A DNA stretch of 64,000 nt. Source: Granulicella sp. Its GTDB lineage: Bacteria > Acidobacteriota > Terriglobia > Terriglobales > Acidobacteriaceae. Position 1 is the first letter of the stretch; each line of letters opens with the position of its first letter. Positions 57,490 through 64,000 of the stretch are shown piece by piece. The notes beneath the pieces were generated by a model. It saw only the letters and a list, made by a program, of their open reading frames with translations. It ran no database searches and had not been told where the DNA came from. The stretch lies in NCBI GenBank assembly GCA_027339965.1, contig DAHWNL010000076.1, positions 1-64,000 on the forward strand, given 5' to 3'. Position numbers and translations under genes: made by a program.

Positions 57490-60400
57490 TTACTTCCGCC
57501 GGCGCGCCGGCGTCTTGGCGGGTTTTGAATTGGCCGCGGGTTGGGTGGCTGGCGGAGAGACCGAGCGCTTCCGGGCAGGAGCAGATCTCTGGGTCATCCG
57601 CTTCGGGGCCCCGGTTTTCACTCTGTCCGGCCGAGAACGCCCGCTGGGGATCCCGGTTTTCCTCTCCGGCTTCGTGGCGGCGCTGCCCTTGGGAACCTTC
57701 TGCTTCATCGCGCCCGTCTTCGGCTTGGGAGCGCTCAAGTCGGGTGGAGTGGTCCAGTCCGCTCCGGTTCCGGATACGGGCAAAGGCGAGTCGTCATGCT
57801 CATAGAAGCGGGCCAGATAGCAACCGGTGTGGGAGCCAGGCGCGGCGGCGACTGCCTCCGGCGGGCCTTGCGCAACGATGCGGCCGCCGCCCTCGCCACC
57901 CTCCGGTCCAAGGTCGATCACGTAATCCGCGTTGCGGATAATGTCCAGATTGTGCTCAATGACGATGACCGTGTTGCCCAGCTCGGTGAGGCGGTGCAGA
58001 ACCTCCAGCAACTTGCGAACATCGTCGAAGTGCAAGCCGGTCGTGGGCTCGTCCAGCAGGTAGAGCGTGCGGCCGGTTTGGCGCTTCGAGAGCTCGCGGG
58101 CGAGCTTCATCCGTTGGGCCTCTCCGCCGGAAAGGGTGGTGGCGGATTGGCCCAGTTGGACGTAGCCGAGGCCCACCTGGACCAAGGTTTGCAGTTTTTG
58201 ATGGACGGCGGGGATGTCCCTGAGCACCGGCAGGGCATCTTCGATGGGAAGTTCGAGGATGTCGGCTATGGAGTACCCGTTGAAGTTGACGCTGAGCGTC
58301 TCCTGATTGTAGCGGCGGCCGTTGCAGATCTCGCACAGCACGTAGACATCGGGAAGGAAGTTCATCTCGATGCGGCGCTGACCCTCTCCCTGGCAGGCCT
58401 CGCAGCGGCCGCCCTGGACGTTGAAGCTGAAGCGGCCCGGTTTGTAGCCGCGCTCGCGAGACTCCGGAAGCATGGCGAAGAGATCCCGGATGGCGGTGAA
58501 GACGCCCGTGTAGGTGGCCGGATTGGAGCGCGGCGTGCGCCCGATCGGCGACTGATCGATGCAGATGACCTTGTCGAGCTGGCCGGCTCCGTGGATCGCC
58601 TTGTGCTCGCCCGGCTGTTCGCGAGAGCCGTACAACTCCCTGGCCAGCGAGCGGTACAGGATGTCATTGACCAGAGTGCTCTTGCCGGAACCGCTGACGC
58701 CGGTGACCGCTGTCATCACTCCGAGGGGAAAGTGCGCGGTGAGATGCTTGAGATTGTGCGCGGTTGCATCCTCGATGCTGATCCAGCAGCCGGTACGCGG
58801 CTGCGGCCCGGCGCTCGATTTGCAGCGGGTGCGAAGCGAGAGGCGCCCGGCCAGATAGCTGCCCGTGACGGAGGCAGGGTTGGCCATGACCTGTTCGGGC
58901 GTGCCGGCGGCGATCACCTGTCCCCCGTTTTTCCCCGCTCCTGGCCCCAGGTCCAAAAGGAAGTCCGCCTTGCGCATGGTGTCTTCGTCGTGTTCGACCA
59001 CGATAACGGTATTTCCCAAGTCGCGCAGCTCTTCCAGCGCGGTGATCAAGCGCTGATTGTCGCGCTGATGCAATCCGATGGAAGGCTCGTCGAGGACATA
59101 CAGCACACCGCGCAGACGGCTGCCGATCTGGGTGGCGAGACGAATGCGCTGGCCCTCGCCGCCGGAGAGCGTTGCGGCGCTGCGGGCCAGCGAGAGATAC
59201 CCAAGGCCCACGGCGCGGAGGAACTCCAGCCGGTCAAGGATCTCCTGGCGCAGCCGGCCGGCGATCAGCAGATCGCGGCCGCTCAAACGCAGCGAGCGGA
59301 TGGCGCTGAGCGCCCGGTCGATCGGAAGAGCCGTGAAGTCCGCAATGGAGGCGTCGAAGAGCCCATTGGGCGCGTCGCTGGAGCCATGGGATGGGGTTTC
59401 GTTACGCGGATGATCCGTCGCCGGAGCAACTTCCGCGCAGAGGGGAAGCGTGACGGCCAACGACTCTGGGCGCAAGCGGCGACCCTGACAACGCGCGCAT
59501 TCCGTGGCCGACATGTACTGCAGCATGTACTCGCGATATCCGTCGGAACGGGTGTCCTCTAGACTGTCGCGAAGCCAGTTGAGGATGCCGTGAAAGCCGG
59601 TGCGTCCAACTTCGTGGCGGGGTGGTCCAGCCAGGAGCAGCTCCTGCTGGTCCCGGGGAATCTCGGCGAAGGGCAGATGGAGATTGATCTTGTACCGCTG
59701 GGCGGCCAGCCGAATGAGGCGCAGCAGGTACTGCGAGGAGGAGCCTGGCCCCATGGCCCCGTCCAGCAGGGGCTTGGACCAGTCGACGATGACCTTGGCG
59801 GGATCAAAGTCGTAGATGGATCCAAGACCGTGGCACTCCGGGCAGGCTCCGTAGGCCGAGTTGAAGCTGAAGCTGCGGGGCTCCAGCTTGGCCACGTTGG
59901 TGCCGCACTGCGGGCAGGCCATCGAGGAGCTGAACAGCATCTCATGGTTCTCATTCGGCTTGTTTCGGGGCGAAGGAAGAGCGATGAGCACCAGACCTTT
60001 GGCCAGTTGCAGAGCGGTGGTGACGGCGGAGAGCAAGCGGCGCGTATCGTAGGGCGGATCGGCGCGGCTCTCAGTGGCGGACGGCTTGAGGATGATGCGA
60101 TCGACAATGGCCTCGATGGTATGGTTCTTGCGCTTTTCCAAGCGCATACCCTCTTCCACCTCGACGATCTCAGCGTCGATGCGGAGGCGGAAGCCCTTCT
60201 TGTCCAGAGCTTCAATCTCCTCGCGGAACTCGCCCTTGCGGCCGCGGACGATGGGAGCCAGCACGGTGATGCGTTCTCCGGGAGATTCGGCGATATAGCG
60301 CTCGACGATCTGGGAGACGATCTGTTCTGGGGACTGGCGCGAGATGGGCCGGTGGCAGTTCGGGCAGTGCGGCTGGCCCACGGACGCGTAGAGCAGGCGA

Positions 60401-60840
60401 AGATAGTCGTAGATCTCCGTGATCGTGCCAACCGTGGAGCGCGGGGAGCGTGAGGTGGTCTTCTGCTCGATGGAGATGGCTGGAGAGAGCCCATCGATGG
60501 AGTCCACCTCGGGCCGCTCCATCTGGTCCAGGAACTGGCGCGCGTAGGCCGAGAGGGTCTCTACGTAACGGCGTTGCCCTTCAGCGTAGATGGTATCGAA
60601 GGCCAGAGAACTCTTGCCGGAGCCGGAAAGACCGGTAACCACCGTCAGCGTGTTGCGAGGGATGGAGACGGAGATATTGCGCAGGTTGTGCTGACGAGCC
60701 CCCCGAACCTGGATGTGGCTGAGCACCTTGGGCTTGCTCTCCCTCTCTGGGGACATGGAGCTTCCTTTGGAGAGATCCATCTCTGATCCAACAGACAGCG
60801 ATCCTCCGTCAGAGACTCCGGCTTGGGAAAAAGTGGCCAA
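57490..60840 (-). CDS. uvrA: Excinuclease ABC subunit UvrA
   Basis: Two ABC ATPase domains ([21 protein letters not shown]), zinc fingers; start TTG 60840 or ATG 60756. Confidence 0.97.
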   Translation of the reverse strand: MATFSQAGVSDGGSLSVGSEMDLSKGSSMSPERESKPKVLSHIQVRGARQHNLRNISVSIPRNTLTVVTGLSGSGKSSLAFDTIYAEGQRRYVETLSAYARQFLDQMERPEVDSIDGLSPAISIEQKTTSRSPRSTVGTITEIYDYLRLLYASVGQPHCPNCHRPISRQSPEQIVSQIVERYIAESPGERITVLAPIVRGRKGEFREEIEALDKKGFRLRIDAEIVEVEEGMRLEKRKNHTIEAIVDRIILKPSATESRADPPYDTRRLLSAVTTALQLAKGLVLIALPSPRNKPNENHEMLFSSSMACPQCGTNVAKLEPRSFSFNSAYGACPECHGLGSIYDFDPAKVIVDWSKPLLDGAMGPGSSSQYLLRLIRLAAQRYKINLHLPFAEIPRDQQELLLAGPPRHEVGRTGFHGILNWLRDSLEDTRSDGYREYMLQYMSATECARCQGRRLRPESLAVTLPLCAEVAPATDHPRNETPSHGSSDAPNGLFDASIADFTALPIDRALSAIRSLRLSGRDLLIAGRLRQEILDRLEFLRAVGLGYLSLARSAATLSGGEGQRIRLATQIGSRLRGVLYVLDEPSIGLHQRDNQRLITALEELRDLGNTVIVVEHDEDTMRKADFLLDLGPGAGKNGGQVIAAGTPEQVMANPASVTGSYLAGRLSLRTRCKSSAGPQPRTGCWISIEDATAHNLKHLTAHFPLGVMTAVTGVSGSGKSTLVNDILYRSLARELYGSREQPGEHKAIHGAGQLDKVICIDQSPIGRTPRSNPATYTGVFTAIRDLFAMLPESRERGYKPGRFSFNVQGGRCEACQGEGQRRIEMNFLPDVYVLCEICNGRRYNQETLSVNFNGYSIADILELPIEDALPVLRDIPAVHQKLQTLVQVGLGYVQLGQSATTLSGGEAQRMKLARELSKRQTGRTLYLLDEPTTGLHFDDVRKLLEVLHRLTELGNTVIVIEHNLDIIRNADYVIDLGPEGGEGGGRIVAQGPPEAVAAAPGSHTGCYLARFYEHDDSPLPVSGTGADWTTPPDLSAPKPKTGAMKQKVPKGSAATKPERKTGIPSGRSRPDRVKTGAPKRMTQRSAPARKRSVSPPATQPAANSKPAKTPARRRK

Positions 60841-61278
60841 GACCTTAGTTTACCCGGAGTGATGATCATGCCCCATCGCCAGCCCGCCCTTCTCCTGGGC
60901 GAGCGGGCCAGCGGGTGAACTTGGCAGAGGGTATCAATCGGATGGTCTGGAGGCAGGGCCTTGAAGACGCTACTGGAGGGGTTACGGACGGATGCTCCAG
61001 CTTTGCTGACGCGCGGCAGGGCGCGATCGACGATCTGAAAGCCCATCTCTCTCTCCCGGAACTGAAGCCGTTGTGCCCGCGCGACGGCAAAGACGCGCTA
61101 GCTGTGCGGCGGCTGGAGGTGACGATCAGCAGCAGTTTCTCCGCGGATGCAGCGCGTGGCCTCGGCGGTGCTGGAGGGTTTTCCAACCCAGGCCTCCCCG
61201 TGGGCTTACCTGATGAACTGGAAAGGCGACGCCAAAGCGCATTCTTTTCTCCTTGATGCCGCAAAACAGAGAAATGGC

Positions 61279-62805
61279 TCAGCCCGCGTAGCTGCGGACC
61301 CATTCTGTGATGGTGCGGATGGCGATGCCGCTGGGGCCTCTGGATTGCCAAGGTTTCTGGTCATCCAGCCAGGTGGTGGCGGCGATGTCCAGGTGAATCC
61401 AGGGGATCAGAGGGTTGTCGCCGATGAACTCTTTGAGAAACATGGCTGCGGCGGTGGCCCCGGCAAAGCGGCTGCCACCGGTGTTCTTGATGTCGGCGAT
61501 CTGGCTCTGGATCTGGTCGCGATAGTCGTCGCTGCAGGGCATTCTCCAGAACTTTTCGCCGGTGAGGGAAAGAACGTCCAGAAACTGCCGCGCAGTCGCA
61601 TCGTGGTTGGAGAAGAGGCCGGCGTTGATCTGACCCAGGGCGGTTCCGATGGCCCCGGTGAGGGTGGCGGCGTTGAGCAGGCAGGTAGCGCCCAGGGTCT
61701 GCGCGTAGTGCAGGCCGTCGGCCAGCACCAGGCGGCCCTCCGCGTCCGTGTTGATGATCTCGATGGTCTTGCCGGACATGGCGGTAACCACATCGCCGGG
61801 CTTGTAGGCCCGTCCGTCAGGCATGTTCTCACAGGAACAGATGACGGAGAGAACGCGGACGGCTGGTTTGAGCTGGGCGATGGCGCGCATGGCCGCGATC
61901 ATGGAGGCGGCGCCGGCCATGTCGTACTTCATCCGGTCCATGTTCTCGGCGGGCTTGATCGAGATTCCCCCGGTGTCAAAGGTAATACCTTTGCCGACCA
62001 GACCGATCACCGGACCCTCGGGGCTGGGCGCTGAGGCGGGCTCGTAGCGCAGGACGATGAGGGCGGGCGGCTGGCTGGAGCCCTGGGCAACCGCAATGAA
62101 GGCACCCATCCCCAGTTCGCGGAGCTTCTCCGTGGAGTGAACCTCGCAGGCGAGGCCGAACTCGGCTGCCATGGTCGCGGCCCGTCTGCCCAGTTCTGTA
62201 GGGGTGAGGATGTTGCCCGGTTCGTTGATCAGAGCGCGGGCAAAGTTCTGGCTTTCGGCCAGGATGCTTCCTTCGCGAACCGCGGTCTGCAGGGAAGCGT
62301 CCATCGCATCGACTCCGGGAAGAAGGATGGACACGGTCTCGATGCTCAAGTCCTTGCGGTCCGCGCGATAGAAGTCGATGTCGAAGTCGGCGATGATGGC
62401 GCCTTCCGCCATGGCTCGGAGTGCCGGCGCGGTGGTCAGGGAGGGGTGTTCCGGCAGGGCGAGCGCAAGCTCGCGCAGAGCGCGGGGACGAGCGTAGCGA
62501 ACAGCCACGCCGGCCCCTTGACGCAGTTCGTGGGCAGAGAGTTGGCCGGTCTTTCCAACACCCACCAGGAGCAGACGCCGGGCGTGGAGACCCGTGGGCG
62601 CAGGGAGCAGGAAGGTTTCCCCGAGCGCAGCTTTGAACTCGCCGGATGCCAGCCACAGAGCCGCCGCAGCCTGAAGCGCGGGGTGCGTGGTCAGCAGCAT
62701 GGGGTTCGCTGCAGAGTCTTTTGCAACGGCCACGTCGGCGGCGAAGACGACGAGCAGGGGGGTATTCCAATCGGCGGCGGAGTGGCTAAGCAGGTTGATC
62801 TTCAC
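61279..62805 (-). CDS. pepA: M17 leucyl aminopeptidase
   Basis: GKGITFDTGG, MKYDM.G, NTDAEGRL, HLDIA; GTG 62805. Confidence 0.95.
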   Translation of the reverse strand: MKINLLSHSAADWNTPLLVVFAADVAVAKDSAANPMLLTTHPALQAAAALWLASGEFKAALGETFLLPAPTGLHARRLLLVGVGKTGQLSAHELRQGAGVAVRYARPRALRELALALPEHPSLTTAPALRAMAEGAIIADFDIDFYRADRKDLSIETVSILLPGVDAMDASLQTAVREGSILAESQNFARALINEPGNILTPTELGRRAATMAAEFGLACEVHSTEKLRELGMGAFIAVAQGSSQPPALIVLRYEPASAPSPEGPVIGLVGKGITFDTGGISIKPAENMDRMKYDMAGAASMIAAMRAIAQLKPAVRVLSVICSCENMPDGRAYKPGDVVTAMSGKTIEIINTDAEGRLVLADGLHYAQTLGATCLLNAATLTGAIGTALGQINAGLFSNHDATARQFLDVLSLTGEKFWRMPCSDDYRDQIQSQIADIKNTGGSRFAGATAAAMFLKEFIGDNPLIPWIHLDIAATTWLDDQKPWQSRGPSGIAIRTITEWVRSYAG

Positions 62806-62971
62806 CCTTCCATGGTAGCGCGGGTGCTGTTCGGCCTGACGCCGGGTGAGCGGCGTCACTCGCAGCGATTTCGCCGTCGCGTCCAGGAGAAGCAGATGCG
62901 TACTCCGCGGCTACGCACAGCGCCAAAGGCCGCGCGGCAAGTTGTGGTCGGGAGGACCTTGGCCCAGCTTC

Positions 62972-64000
62972 TTACCGGGTCTGGGAAGGTTGCTGAGACT
63001 GCTTCAGCGCTTCAGCGGCTTCGTATTGCGCCTCTCTGCCGGCATCGAGACCATGGGTAGGATCGCGGTGCAGGAGCTTGCGGGAGATGTCCGGCCAGAA
63101 CTCTTCAAAGACTGCCCCGGCCATGCCTTCAGCGATCTGGATGGCGAAGTTGGTCATGGTGAGCCCGGCGCTGGTATTCCCAGGAGGGTAGTAGAGATTG
63201 GAGATTCCCCCGGCGGCCAGGTTGCCAAGCAGATTGCCATAGTTGGGCTCCCATTTGCCGGAGCGGTCGCCCTTGGCAATGAAGCTGGACGCGAGAGCAT
63301 ACCAGGTGCGATGCCATTTTGGGCCGTATCCCAGACGGAAATAGCGTGGATCCTGGCGAAACAAGATGGGGACCACGCCTGTGCTCAGGACGGTTCCGTC
63401 GGCGGTGTCCAGGTAAGCCGCGCCCGTGCGCTCAAAGTAGCCCTTGGCTCCTCGGGAAAAGCCAACCAGATCGTTGTCCATTTCATAGTATCCGGCTTCC
63501 GCAAAGGCGGAGGCAAAGGTAAAGATGTCGAGGGTGGAGTGCAGTGCGAGATCCATCTTCTGCCCCGAGGAGAGGGGAACGGCGTTCTGGCGGTAGGTAA
63601 CATTAAAAGTGGGAACGATGCCCATCACGCGCTGCTTCTCCTCCTCTTTCAACTGCTCCGCGGCGCTCTGATGTTGGCTCTCCCGGGCGGGAGGTGGATT
63701 GCTGCTGCCGGCCTGGCTGTCTGGTCGGGGCTCACCTTGGGCCTGCGGAGATGCGGATTCAACAGCTTTCGCCGGCAAGGAGACTGCCGGGCTGGCGTTC
63801 TGTTGCTGAGTAGCAGCCAGAAGACCTGAACCCAGGGTGACGCAAGGGAATCCTGAGATCGGAGGGGTGAAGGCAACCGGGGTAACGCAGGGGAGGGCGA
63901 TCGATGACGAGTCTCCTGAGATGGAAATGGAATCGGTGGCGTTCGAACTCTGTGTCGGCGTCGAAGCCGTTTGCAGGCTGGGACGGACCTGCGCGGCGGC
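62972..64000 (-). CDS. Hypothetical exported/membrane protein, N-terminally truncated by the window edge
   Basis: Frame of ORF 62972-63778 stays open to 64000; conserved-looking QR..GI.P.F...PL..GQK and F.QDPRY segments. Confidence 0.75.
   Translation of the reverse strand, partial: AAAQVRPSLQTASTPTQSSNATDSISISGDSSSIALPCVTPVAFTPPISGFPCVTLGSGLLAATQQQNASPAVSLPAKAVESASPQAQGEPRPDSQAGSSNPPPARESQHQSAAEQLKEEEKQRVMGIVPTFNVTYRQNAVPLSSGQKMDLALHSTLDIFTFASAFAEAGYYEMDNDLVGFSRGAKGYFERTGAAYLDTADGTVLSTGVVPILFRQDPRYFRLGYGPKWHRTWYALASSFIAKGDRSGKWEPNYGNLLGNLAAGGISNLYYPPGNTSAGLTMTNFAIQIAEGMAGAVFEEFWPDISRKLLHRDPTHGLDAGREAQYEAAEALKQSQQPSQTR

Noticed and set aside
57541..59562. Long plus-strand ORF, and similar antisense ORFs over hpnJ, smc and the hydroxyproline genes
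   Set aside because: Antisense shadows of real genes, expected from GC-rich codon bias
60757..61278. LexA box upstream of uvrA
   Set aside because: I found no GTTC-N7-GTTC or CTGT-N8-ACAG match by eye

Overview
GC-rich bacterial chromosome segment. Gene content (hpnJ, tandem DUF507 pair, secreted PIG-L and BNR/VPS10 proteins, TPR-secretin, SMC with an acidic head insert) points to Acidobacteriota; this is inference only. It is mostly core or housekeeping DNA: phoU, an ECF sigma/anti-sigma/Spy-like trio, a PAS-GAF-GGDEF-EAL protein, hpnJ, TolC/TPR/adaptor, recJ, pfk, a cold-shock gene, a hydroxyproline catabolic operon with GntR, a tetraheme cytochrome c, three tRNAs, smc, msrPQ, rnhB, rplS, trmD, uvrA and pepA. 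I found no CRISPR array, transposase, integrase or prophage. The most notable non-coding signal is a dispersed ~117-bp palindromic MITE-like family with at least six copies. All six have the same orientation and lie 3' of genes. The two intact copies sit in a reconstructable CTAG site with TA duplication and supply the TAA stop of the adjacent gene, and two copies bracket trmD, which is detached from rimM. Other observations are frequent leaderless-type promoters, a CRP/FNR-type site before the cytochrome, a DnaA box at the smc promoter, a 19-bp tandem array upstream of the cold-shock gene and a USP pseudogene. All alignments were made by eye.
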